A stretch of 64,000 nt of DNA from Candidatus Uhrbacteria bacterium (GCA_013204385.1 JABMNY010000031.1:1168-65167); one strand, 5' to 3'. Positions 1-8,341 are shown, counted from the first letter of the stretch. Numbers and translations: made by a program. The notes: a model not told the origin generated them from the sequence alone.

Positions 1-320
1 AACTGAATTGAATGAACAATACAGTCATGGTCAGATCTTAAATGGGAACTACTTCTCATCTAGGATCCAACCATGTACTGGAGTGGTTCGATGTTTGCCT
101 CATGACAAGGAGGAGATGTCATAAGTCTTACATCAAACCGCTTCAGAACACGGATCGGCTGTTCCAAAATTTGCGATCTTGGCTTTCATGGGCACCCAGT
201 CATCTCTTCAACGTCCGTTTTAGGACGTCTTCAGAGTTGCCAGCCCATTCAAGCCAACCTCATCAAATTTTGAAACACCCTAACTGGTATGCACAATGTA
301 GATTTCTCTATCACTGTGAC
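1..320 (-). ncRNA. ole: OLE RNA (ornate, large, extremophilic), 5' half; runs off the left edge of the window
   Basis: Minus strand reads UUGUGCAUACCAGUUAGGGUGUUUCA..UGAUGAGGUUGGCUUGAAUGGGCUGGCAA..CUGAAGAC..GAAGAGAUGACUGGGUGCCCAUG, matching my recollection of the OLE 5' consensus. Visible helices: AUGGGC/GCCCAU, ACGUCC/GGACGU, UUUGGAACA/UGUUCUGAA, GGUUUGAUGU/ACAUCGAACC. Has its own promoter; no credible ORF. Confidence 0.75.
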
Positions 321-325
321 GGAGT

Positions 326-354
326 AATCTATCACAAATAACGAACTTTGTCAA
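326..354 (-). promoter_or_regulatory. sigma70 promoter for the OLE-like RNA
   Basis: TTGACA-17bp-TAGATT with a TG extension; start site about 320. Confidence 0.7.
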
Positions 355-385
355 GAGTCATTGGCAAACCCTTTGTTGTTATCCA

Positions 386-414
386 TTGACTCACATTGCA
401 GGTTTTGATACCCT
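386..414 (+). promoter_or_regulatory. divergent sigma70 promoter
   Basis: TTGACT-17bp-TACCCT with a TG extension. Confidence 0.55.
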
Positions 415-420
415 TCTGCC

Positions 421-530
421 AGTTAGAATGTAACAAAAAGAGCCCATTTTGAGGGCCCTCTTACAGCGCTCAACACGCCTCCTCCTCGTGTTGAATCGCC
501 AGTGAGAAGGTTCTCACAATGGGTTTTTTG
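421..530 (+). ncRNA. candidate ~110-nt hairpin sRNA with a CCUCCUCCU loop
   Basis: Long imperfect stem 434-530 with several G-U pairs on the + strand, ending in a U-run; promoter directly upstream. Confidence 0.45.
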
Positions 531-543
531 ATTGTTTATAAGG

Positions 544-568
544 AAAAACGGGCCATAAGCCCGTTTTT
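544..568. terminator. bidirectional intrinsic terminator
   Basis: AAAAACGGGC-cataa-GCCCGTTTTT. Confidence 0.7.
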
Positions 569-1211
569 AAAAGTCTTCATGCACAAGTTGATGTCTTCGA
601 CGAATCCTCTCTGTTTGTAATATTGTAAAGATAATCCCGACAAATGCCCCCAAAACGAACCCTGAAAGGATATTTACTAAAATGTTTGGTTTTACAGGCC
701 AATTCGAGTTCAACGGCTCATCCACAAGACGAACGGAAACATCTCCACCTGACGTATACTCCCCTACTCTATCTGTTAAAACGAAGGCAATCGCGCGAAC
801 AAGTTGTTCTGCTTGCTCAATATCCTGATGATATGTCGTGATACTTAGAAGCCCTGATCCTCTCGAAACAGTTGCTTTCACCGTCTTCCCCCAGACCTTT
901 CTTTGTCTAGACGCATCGTCTGGAAAGATTGATTCATCAATACTGAAACCCGCATCCATCACTTGATCAAAGAAGGTACTGGTATAAATGAGCGTAGAAA
1001 GATTATCTGCAATGCGTTCTTCTGAACGTGACGCGGTATATGCATCCACTCCTGAACCCACATCCTGCAAAATCAACATACGTGTCGTTGAAGAATACTT
1101 GAGTGGTTGAACAAATGAGATAATGAGTGCGAGGACAAGACCCAAAAGTCCAAACATCGCGACCCCATGCCAGTTGTTAAAAATATCGCGCAAGTAATTT
1201 GGTTGAGACAT
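567..1211 (-). CDS. Wzz/CapA(YveK)-like chain-length determinant
   Basis: N- and C-terminal TM helices, Y-S-S-T motif, 'PVKPN' before the C-terminal TM. Confidence 0.7.
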   Translation of the reverse strand: MSQPNYLRDIFNNWHGVAMFGLLGLVLALIISFVQPLKYSSTTRMLILQDVGSGVDAYTASRSEERIADNLSTLIYTSTFFDQVMDAGFSIDESIFPDDASRQRKVWGKTVKATVSRGSGLLSITTYHQDIEQAEQLVRAIAFVLTDRVGEYTSGGDVSVRLVDEPLNSNWPVKPNILVNILSGFVLGAFVGIIFTILQTERIRRRHQLVHEDF

Positions 1212-1228
1212 AGTACGTATAGTATATC

Positions 1229-2314
1229 TTAAAGTGTCAGTTCGCCCAATGTCACCACCACCTCTTGTGTCGATCCACCTCGATCAATCTCGATTCGAAT
1301 CTGATCCCCTGCGCCATAGTACGCAATCAAATCATCAAGCGTCTTTGTTTTATTAACTGGAACTCCTTCCACAGAAAGCAGTATGTCTCCTTCTAACAAT
1401 CCTGCGTTACTTCCCGCTCCCCCACGCTCAACAGCACGTACTCCATACAACACAAATCCTGTGTGATGGCCTCGTGCAAGATCTTCGGAAACACCAATGG
1501 CATGCGCAAGATCAATTCCTCGTACACCAAGTGCGGGATACGTAATGACAGAGACAGCTTCAAGGACTTGTGTGAACGCTCCTGAGAAGTGTTCAAATGG
1601 AATCACCTCAGTCCCTTCAACAGAGACTCTCGTAATCCCGACAAGCTCTCCATACACATTAAACACCGCGGAACCAGAAACAACTGATTCAGTCTGAGCG
1701 AGAATGATCCGACGCGAAGGAAGATCACTTACGCGCACAGCTTCTCCAAATTCAACCGAGCGCACGCGTGTAAACAAAAGGTCAGACTGCGAATTGACCA
1801 CAAAGACCTGATCTCCCGCCTGCACACCGTACCCCCCAGCAATATCAATCACAGGAACATTTGATGTTGCACAGTGAATGAACTCAAATCCAAACATCGG
1901 TTCACTCATCACTTCATCTACTTCGCACGAAAGCCCATTCCAACTGACCACGTCCCCCACTCGACCGGCTGAAGAGAGTGCCCATCCGTCCGACGTAAGA
2001 GCGATCACAGGAGTCGACAGCGCAAAAACAGACACACCCGATTCAACAAGCAACGACTGTTTCACAAGTGATCCGATCGTTGGGAGTGCTCGTTCTTCAA
2101 TACGATCAAGCGCATCTGCATAATCTTTTGGAAGGGCTCGAGGTCGTTCTTGCGTTAAGCGCAACGGCTCCGTGAGATCATTGAGTTCAAGCGCGTACTC
2201 AGAAAGATACGACGTTGTCAGCGCCGTTGTAATCACTCCTGCCGCTCCCCCAATCAAACAGGAGAATAGAATAATGCGAATTGTGTGTGGCCAAGTTGAT
2301 TTCTTCATACCCAT
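1229..2314 (-). CDS. HtrA-like trypsin-fold plus PDZ protein, probably catalytically degenerate
   Basis: N-terminal TM, 'SGSAVFNVYGELVGI', PDZ 'AGLLEGDILLSVEG'; catalytic His not seen. Confidence 0.65.
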   Translation of the reverse strand: MGMKKSTWPHTIRIILFSCLIGGAAGVITTALTTSYLSEYALELNDLTEPLRLTQERPRALPKDYADALDRIEERALPTIGSLVKQSLLVESGVSVFALSTPVIALTSDGWALSSAGRVGDVVSWNGLSCEVDEVMSEPMFGFEFIHCATSNVPVIDIAGGYGVQAGDQVFVVNSQSDLLFTRVRSVEFGEAVRVSDLPSRRIILAQTESVVSGSAVFNVYGELVGITRVSVEGTEVIPFEHFSGAFTQVLEAVSVITYPALGVRGIDLAHAIGVSEDLARGHHTGFVLYGVRAVERGGAGSNAGLLEGDILLSVEGVPVNKTKTLDDLIAYYGAGDQIRIEIDRGGSTQEVVVTLGELTL

Positions 2315-3069
2315 TGAGACGTTAAAGTGATCACAAAAGTCAGGACGACGAATACACTGATGTAGCGTCGCAGTACCTCTTTAGAAAGTTTATGGAGCGC
2401 ATGTGCACGTGAAAGCCCGAGGAACACATAGACTCCAAGCGCTAAGAACGCTGCATTCGTATAGAAGCCCGTTGGAAGAAACGAGAGTGCGGCAAACAGT
2501 TCTGTTGTGAGAAGGGCCCCTGCAAATGCATACGGTCGTGCGCGTATTGGATCAACCTTTCCAACCCATAACGTTCCATACACGATGAAAAAGAGAATTA
2601 AGAAAAACAACAACGAAAGAAACCAGAGTGGCGTTTGAAGAAACAAGGAGAGTCCGAAGCCAAGAATCGAAACGAAGAAGACGGAAAGAATATGGAGAAG
2701 TTGTGAAAGATATTCGAGTGTAAATGGCTGATAGTTAATGGGAAGATGTGTGAAGCTAAAAACATGTTCTACAAAAAAGAACAGGAGACCTACAACAATT
2801 AATGAAAGCAAGATTTTTGAAAGATTATTCTCGAGCAAGAAGAATGGACCAAAACTAGAGACAAGAAATAACAACGGGGTTCCCAACAAATGCCAAAATT
2901 GAAATGTCTTTACATGCCACCCAAGCAGTCGACCCAAAATAAGACCGACACAAAGCACGGTCAGAACAATGGTTACATAGGGATGCACCCATCCCAGAAA
3001 AAAAGAGGCAAATCCTAATCCGGACAAGAGCGCAACGGCAAAAGAGGATAATCGATAAAATAGAATCAT
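2305..3069 (-). CDS. multi-pass membrane protein
   Basis: About 8 hydrophobic segments; overlaps the neighbouring gene as in an operon. Confidence 0.7.
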   Translation of the reverse strand: MILFYRLSSFAVALLSGLGFASFFLGWVHPYVTIVLTVLCVGLILGRLLGWHVKTFQFWHLLGTPLLFLVSSFGPFFLLENNLSKILLSLIVVGLLFFFVEHVFSFTHLPINYQPFTLEYLSQLLHILSVFFVSILGFGLSLFLQTPLWFLSLLFFLILFFIVYGTLWVGKVDPIRARPYAFAGALLTTELFAALSFLPTGFYTNAAFLALGVYVFLGLSRAHALHKLSKEVLRRYISVFVVLTFVITLTSQWV

Positions 3070-3077
3070 AAGAAACC

Positions 3078-3830
3078 TTATTGGCCCTCGATCTCAACCA
3101 CCAGTTCTCCATCCACAACCAGCTCACCTGAAAGAACTTCAATAGATGAAATCTTCGCATAGCCAACCATAACCGCATTCACTCTGGCAAGCTCTTGTTC
3201 AAAAAATGGAAGGAAGGTTCGAAGAAACAGATGAGGTATTTCTAGCGAGCCCACAAACACCTGTTCTGGAGTCAGAACGAGTAATCCGTCCTGACTTGTA
3301 GCAGAGAATTGAATCGTGACTGCGGTCTGCTGTTTGGATCCATCAAGTGGTGTAAAAATCTCTATTCCAACGACTGGATCAATGACCGCTTGCGCACGCG
3401 AGACATCAATCATTCCCGTACTGTGCCCTTCAATCCACGAACGCAGAGAGGTTGTAAGCGATGCTTCTGTGAGCGCAACTTGAATAGATCGATCATTGAG
3501 AACCCCTCCCCCCTCATATAAGCGACGTGTAAGTGTTGTGGTAAACGTTTCTTGCAAAATTGTCTCTGCAGAAACACCTGGTTCAACAACGCGTGTAGGG
3601 TAAGGGACCTCATACGCATACTTGCTGAGTACTGGCACAACGACGATACCCATTTTTGCGATATTCCAAGCACCAAATAAAAGAAGACTTAGGAAAATCG
3701 TTAATAGAAGAAGCCCGATCTTCATTCCTATAGAACTCGGATTCCTTCGACGTCGCACTTCCGCGACAACATCTCCTTTTACATCGCTCACTTGTTTTTC
3801 AAGTGCGGCATTTTTTTCAACACGAGCCAT
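3078..3830 (-). CDS. membrane-anchored hypothetical protein
   Basis: 250-aa ORF with one TM, tightly packed in the operon. Confidence 0.65.
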   Translation of the reverse strand: MARVEKNAALEKQVSDVKGDVVAEVRRRRNPSSIGMKIGLLLLTIFLSLLLFGAWNIAKMGIVVVPVLSKYAYEVPYPTRVVEPGVSAETILQETFTTTLTRRLYEGGGVLNDRSIQVALTEASLTTSLRSWIEGHSTGMIDVSRAQAVIDPVVGIEIFTPLDGSKQQTAVTIQFSATSQDGLLVLTPEQVFVGSLEIPHLFLRTFLPFFEQELARVNAVMVGYAKISSIEVLSGELVVDGELVVEIEGQ

Positions 3831-3833
3831 ACC

Positions 3834-4253
3834 CTACTTTCCCAACCATGAATACTCGGTCTTCAGAGTCTCAATAGACTGAATCGGTCCTTGTGTATCC
3901 CGATCTTCTGCTTTTAATCCTGATTGAAGTTGATTGAACGCAACAGCCAATCCGATATGTAAATCTTTGTATTGAGTAGGAACTCGCAAGGACAATACTC
4001 CTGCCAATGCTGTCTCTGTCGCAATGAGTTTATCTAAATCATCTGTCGCCGCAAAAAATCTCTCCTCAAATGTCGCAAGGATTTTTGATAGGTCAGATTG
4101 ATACGCATCAGCGTCCACTGGCACTACTTCTTCCATCTGGATAGTTGAACTCGATGGTTCATTTTGAAGAGTTTGATACATAAACCCTGCCAACCCTAAT
4201 GACAGAAGAATAACCGCGATCGGAAAGAGTGAGTGACGATGATAGTAACGCAT
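3834..4253 (-). CDS. membrane-anchored hypothetical protein
   Basis: 139-aa ORF with an N-terminal TM. Confidence 0.65.
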   Translation of the reverse strand: MRYYHRHSLFPIAVILLSLGLAGFMYQTLQNEPSSSTIQMEEVVPVDADAYQSDLSKILATFEERFFAATDDLDKLIATETALAGVLSLRVPTQYKDLHIGLAVAFNQLQSGLKAEDRDTQGPIQSIETLKTEYSWLGK

Positions 4254-4255
4254 AA

Positions 4256-5278
4256 TTATTCGGTTATATCTCTAAAAAGATCTTCTAATAAAACAACACT
4301 CATCATGGCAAGCGGAATGGCGAGAATCGCTCCGGCAAGTCCACCTGCTTTCAATCCAACAAGCAGAGCAAGAATACTGATAATGGGATTGAGTCCCGTT
4401 ACCTTCTGCATAATTTTAGGAACCAGCACATTATTTTCAATCTGCTGAATAACTAAATACAGAGCCACAACGGCAAACCCAATGAATGGCGCTTGCGCAA
4501 AGCCAATGATAAGTGCTGGGATGAGAGAGATGATTGGACCGACATACGGCACGACCTCAAGCAATCCTGCGATCAACGCAAGAAGAAGCGCATACTTCAC
4601 TCCTAAAAATGACAATCCAATAAATACGGCAATTCCTACAACGAACCCAAGAATAATTTGTCCCCGTAACCATTCCCCCATCTTACGAGACATCTTACTC
4701 ATGAGATGTGCCACATAAGGTTGATATTCAACCGGTGCAAGATTACGAAAATACTTCCGCATGCTCTCTTCCTCAACGACCATATAAAACGCGAGCACAA
4801 GCACGATAAACGTTGCTACCACACCTGCAACAACCCCTTTCACTGTTGAAAACGCTGTCCCCACCGTTCCAAAACTTCCTTGAAACGACGTAAGATAAGA
4901 GATGACATCATTGAGAATATCCGCATCTCCTGTAAACGGCGCAATTTGCGAAATCGAATCGACAATTTGTGTGTAATAAGAAGAAGAGTTCTCAATCAAC
5001 TGTGCACTTTGCTCAGTGATGATTGGAACAAATAGAAAGAGAAAAATCGTCGATAACGAAATCAGACACGTGTAGACAATTAACACTGCCAACCCACGTG
5101 GAATCTTTCGCTGTGCGAACCAAGACGCAAATGGTTCGATAAGCGCAGCTAGAAGTAATGAAGCGACAAAGATTGCTACGATATCGCGGACAAACCAGAG
5201 AAACCAAAGTCCAAGTACAATAAGCACCGCTTTCAAGAATGTAGACGTTGAAATACTCACGGACTGTGGAGGTAACAT
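4256..5278 (-). CDS. AI-2E (PerM) family transporter
   Basis: 'PYVGP', 'QQIENNVLVPKIM..GLNP', 'GAILAIP' motifs; ATG at 5278 follows a TATAAT box. Confidence 0.9.
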   Translation of the reverse strand: MLPPQSVSISTSTFLKAVLIVLGLWFLWFVRDIVAIFVASLLLAALIEPFASWFAQRKIPRGLAVLIVYTCLISLSTIFLFLFVPIITEQSAQLIENSSSYYTQIVDSISQIAPFTGDADILNDVISYLTSFQGSFGTVGTAFSTVKGVVAGVVATFIVLVLAFYMVVEEESMRKYFRNLAPVEYQPYVAHLMSKMSRKMGEWLRGQIILGFVVGIAVFIGLSFLGVKYALLLALIAGLLEVVPYVGPIISLIPALIIGFAQAPFIGFAVVALYLVIQQIENNVLVPKIMQKVTGLNPIISILALLVGLKAGGLAGAILAIPLAMMSVVLLEDLFRDITE

Positions 5279-5304
5279 AGTATAAAAATTATACCATAGA
5301 TGCA

Positions 5305-5333
5305 TTGACAAAACCCCATTTTTCGCGTACCAT
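5305..5333 (+). promoter_or_regulatory. ssrA promoter
   Basis: TTGACA-17bp-TACCAT. Confidence 0.7.
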
Positions 5334-5393
5334 CGCTCAGACAAGGATGTTCCTTTCTCATCGAAGAATCTGTTTTACAGATTCCACGTGATT

Positions 5394-5567
5394 CCGAGTC
5401 CCCATTTGATAAAAATGGATGCCTGGCAAAAGCAGAACGCCAATTTCCTCCCGAGTCCCGCTTTGTTAAAATAGATGCCCGGCGGAGCCGGGTCCGGCTC
5501 CGCCGGAAGATACGAATGAGCTGTGAACCGAAGCTCGAACAGATCGCTATTTTTACAAAGTGGGGCT
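5394..5567 (+). repeat. structured repeat leader upstream of tmRNA
   Basis: Imperfect direct repeat 5394-5427/5451-5483; inverted repeat CCCGCTTTGTTAAAATAG/CTATTTTTACAAAGTGGGG; GC-rich palindrome 5478-5506. Confidence 0.6.
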
Positions 5568-5982
5568 GATCGGTATCGACGGGAGATCCTTCCAACCTGA
5601 TCAAGCCGTGTGGGTACGACTGCACGTAAATAAACTCGTACAAGACGACAACTGCAAACAACGTCATGGCAATGATCAAGAACGCTTTCAGTGTTCCTTC
5701 ATTCGCCCCTGTTCTCGCCTAAGGGTAAGAGAACCATTCGCCTTAGCTCGTCTGGGTGTTAAGTGTCGGGTGTTATAAATCCAGACTGGAGTGTGAGGTC
5801 ATCGATCTCTCACATTCGAGATTTGCGATCGATCCCTTGTTACGTATTACGCTACGTCTTAAGCGTAACATTGTAATCAGATGTACCCGGCGGAGCCGGG
5901 TCCGGTTAGCCGGAGATGTGCTTGGAAACGTCATGTTGCAAAGCCTTACCGCACGGGAGTTCGATTCTCCCCAGCTCCACCA
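5562..5982 (+). ncRNA. ssrA: tmRNA; tag reading frame 5654-5722 = ANNVMAMIKNAFSVPSFAPVLA*
   Basis: 5' GGGGCTGATCGGTATCGAC; 3' GGGAGTTCGATTCTCCCCAGCTCCACCA; G3-U70 Ala acceptor; tag ends in LA; smpB nearby. Confidence 0.95.
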
Positions 5983-6018
5983 AGAAACGGCCGTCATTCA
6001 AATGACGGCCGTTTCTTA
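5982..6018 (+). terminator. ssrA terminator
   Basis: AAGAAACGGCCGTCATT/AATGACGGCCGTTTCTT. Confidence 0.8.
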
Positions 6019-6019
6019 T

Positions 6020-6209
6020 TGGACTTGTGGGGATGAGAACTCCCGTATGGAGTTCGATGCGTGAGAGAGTGAGGGAGTAAATAAAAAGTCACCTGTGTTT
6101 GTGACTCTTTATTTACTCCCGAGCGAACGAACGCAATATTGGATTTGAAAAATCCAATATTCTCCCCAGCTCCAACAAAAACACGCCACCAATAGGTGAC
6201 GTGTTTTTG
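6020..6209 (+). mobile_element. tDNA T-loop insertion element, copy 1 (in a duplicated tmRNA 3' end)
   Basis: Antisense arm 6020-6046; GGAGTTCGAT 6049-6058; insert 6059-6158; ATTCTCCCCAGCTCCA 6159-6174; terminator 6176-6209; homologous to 58527-58680. Confidence 0.7.
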
Positions 6210-6308
6210 AGTTGCTCAGTACCAGTGTACTGAGCCGTGATGCATCGCTTATCAGCGATACAGGTCAAGGTGATGACCTAATGACCATCACCTCGCGTGA
6301 GACCTTGC

Positions 6309-6575
6309 CTACTCGATACCGTCCGCACGACGCCGAGCAGACTCGACGGATTGAGGATCCCAGCCTTGGTCAGGACCATCAGGATCAGACATGGCTAAGA
6401 TGCGGTCGGACAGATTGGAGCATGCCCGCTTGTACGCATAGCCCCCAAAGACAATGAAGAAGAGGATGAGTGACCCAAGACTGATCAATTCGACCAAGAC
6501 TGGATGAGAGTAGCTCACCAGGCGCAAGACGAGAATCCAACTGAGTACAAAGATCACCAAGAACGCACGATTCAT
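6309..6575 (-). CDS. small 2-TM hypothetical protein
   Basis: GGAGG SD before ATG 6575; two hydrophobic helices. Confidence 0.6.
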   Translation of the reverse strand: MNRAFLVIFVLSWILVLRLVSYSHPVLVELISLGSLILFFIVFGGYAYKRACSNLSDRILAMSDPDGPDQGWDPQSVESARRRADGIE

Positions 6576-6663
6576 GTGTACCTCCACTCGTTTGAACATG
6601 CAGGGATTGCACGAAACAAAGAGAGCTGATGCTACCCTCCACACATAAAAAAATCAAGGGAAC

Positions 6664-7110
6664 CTAGTTCCCTTTCATTCTTTCTCTCATCTCTCTTTGA
6701 ACATCACGCTTCTTTACGGACTCGCGCTTCTCGTACTGTTTCTTTCCGCGCGCGACGGAGAACTCCAGTTTGACGATTCCCCCCTTTGTGTACAGGGAGA
6801 GTGGAATGAGTGTCAGTCCGTCTACTTGGCGTTTACCCACAAGTCGATTCAACTCCCGTTTATGCACAAGGATCTTTCTATCTTGATACGGGTCATACCC
6901 GTCTTGTGTCCCAGCTGGTTTATACGGGGCAATGTACGCTCCTTTCAACCAAAGTTCTCCCTTGTGGATATGTAGAAATGCCCCTTTAAGTTGGACTTGC
7001 CCTGCTTTTGCGGACTTCACTTCAGCCCCGGACAACTTCAAACCACCCTCGAGTGTTTCAAGGATTTCGTAATCGAATCGGGCTTTTTTGTTTATCGCTA
7101 AGGATGACAT
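6664..7110 (-). CDS. smpB: SsrA-binding protein
   Basis: 'NKKARFDYEI','EVKS','ARGKKQYEKRE'. Confidence 0.97.
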   Translation of the reverse strand: MSSLAINKKARFDYEILETLEGGLKLSGAEVKSAKAGQVQLKGAFLHIHKGELWLKGAYIAPYKPAGTQDGYDPYQDRKILVHKRELNRLVGKRQVDGLTLIPLSLYTKGGIVKLEFSVARGKKQYEKRESVKKRDVQREMRERMKGN

Positions 7111-7172
7111 AACTTGTAGTATAGCTGATCACTTGATTTTTTCCAGCTTTTTAGCTAGACTGAGGCACATCT

Positions 7173-7724
7173 ATGCGTATTCATCGTCACAGAAGTCGAA
7201 AACCACGACTTGATATCCCAGTCTACAAAGTGAACGGCCGTATTAAATCTGAAGAAGTTCGGCTTTTTGGAGCTGAAGGAGAATCTTTAGGGGTCGTAAA
7301 AACAGAGGACGCCATTAAAATGGCGGAGTTAAAAGAACTCGATCTTGTAGAGGTCTCTCCAAAGGCTGTTCCTCCAGTCTGCAAGATCCTTGATTACGGT
7401 CAATTTAAGTATCAGAAAGAAAAGGAGGCAAAGAAACGTAAGGCTCAATCTGCAGAAGTTGAAATCAAAGGAATTCGACTCTCTGTCCGTATTGGTCCTG
7501 GAGACTTTGAAGTGCGAGTGAATCAAGCCCTTAAATTTCTTGAAAAAGGAAACAAGGTAAAGCCAGAGCTTCCACTCCGTGGACGTGAAAAAGCCCATAG
7601 GGAGGTCGCTCAAAAAGTCATGGTTCAGTTTCTTGAAAAAATCAAAGAAACCTACCCAATTCGTGTTGAACAAGAGATCAAATACCAAAGTGGGCGTCTC
7701 ACCATGATTCTCGCTCGATCCTAA
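7173..7724 (+). CDS. infC: translation initiation factor IF-3
   Basis: 'LDLVEVSPKAVPPVCKILDYGQFKY','RGRE'. Confidence 0.97.
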   Translation: MRIHRHRSRKPRLDIPVYKVNGRIKSEEVRLFGAEGESLGVVKTEDAIKMAELKELDLVEVSPKAVPPVCKILDYGQFKYQKEKEAKKRKAQSAEVEIKGIRLSVRIGPGDFEVRVNQALKFLEKGNKVKPELPLRGREKAHREVAQKVMVQFLEKIKETYPIRVEQEIKYQSGRLTMILARS

Positions 7725-7747
7725 GTCTTTGGGTGTATATCATTTTC

Positions 7748-7776
7748 TTGACATAAAACCCACTCATCGCTATACT
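7748..7776 (+). promoter_or_regulatory. internal promoter for rpmI-rplT
   Basis: TTGACA-17bp-TATACT. Confidence 0.65.
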
Positions 7777-7797
7777 CAGCCCGAAATTAGACACTGT

Positions 7798-7995
7798 ATG
7801 CCTAAGCTAAAAACACACAAAGCCTTCTCTTCCCGAGTCACTGTCACTGGTTCCGGCAAGGTTCTCAAGCAGACCGCTGGTAAAGGACATTTCAATGGAC
7901 GAGAATCAGGAAAGACCACTCGCAACAAACGCCAAGACCAAACTATGTCAAAAGCGCACAAGCGAGCTGTTAAGACTCTAATGCCAAACCTCTAA
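7798..7995 (+). CDS. rpmI: 50S ribosomal protein bL35
   Basis: 'MPKLKTHK...TGSGKV'; lies between infC and rplT. Confidence 0.95.
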   Translation: MPKLKTHKAFSSRVTVTGSGKVLKQTAGKGHFNGRESGKTTRNKRQDQTMSKAHKRAVKTLMPNL

Positions 7996-7996
7996 T

Positions 7997-8341
7997 ATGC
8001 CTCGAGTAAAACGCGGGACGCAACACGTCAAACGACGTAAGAGTCTCTTGGAAAAAACAAAGGGGATGATGTGGGGACGCAAGTCAAAAATCCGTCTCGC
8101 ACGCCCTGCCATGCTCAAAGCCGGTGTAAACGCTTATCGCGATCGTCGCAATTACAAGCGTGCTATGCGCCGACTCTGGCAAATCCGATTAAACGCCGCT
8201 GTTCGTCCACTTGGACTCAACTACAGCCGTTTCATGGATGGTCTGAAAAAAGCAGGAATCGGATTGGACCGAAAAGTTCTCTCTGATATCGCAAAAGACC
8301 ACGAAGCCGTATTCAAAAACATTGTCGAAAAAACAAAGTAA
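7997..8341 (+). CDS. rplT: 50S ribosomal protein bL20
   Basis: 'MPRVKRG','AYRDRR','LWQIRLNAA','LDRKVLS'. Confidence 0.97.
   Translation: MPRVKRGTQHVKRRKSLLEKTKGMMWGRKSKIRLARPAMLKAGVNAYRDRRNYKRAMRRLWQIRLNAAVRPLGLNYSRFMDGLKKAGIGLDRKVLSDIAKDHEAVFKNIVEKTK

Noticed and set aside
42-341. 99-aa + strand ORF
   Set aside because: Antisense to the OLE-like RNA; no promoter or recognisable motif.
421-530. SRP or 6S identity for the hairpin RNA
   Set aside because: No GNRA-capped SRP domain IV motif; too short and no clear central bubble for 6S.
5257-6064. Several short ORFs
   Set aside because: They overlap the tmRNA and its leader.
6213-6306. Three tandem hairpins
   Set aside because: Explainable as the 3' UTR structure of the 6309-6575 gene; no second copy seen.
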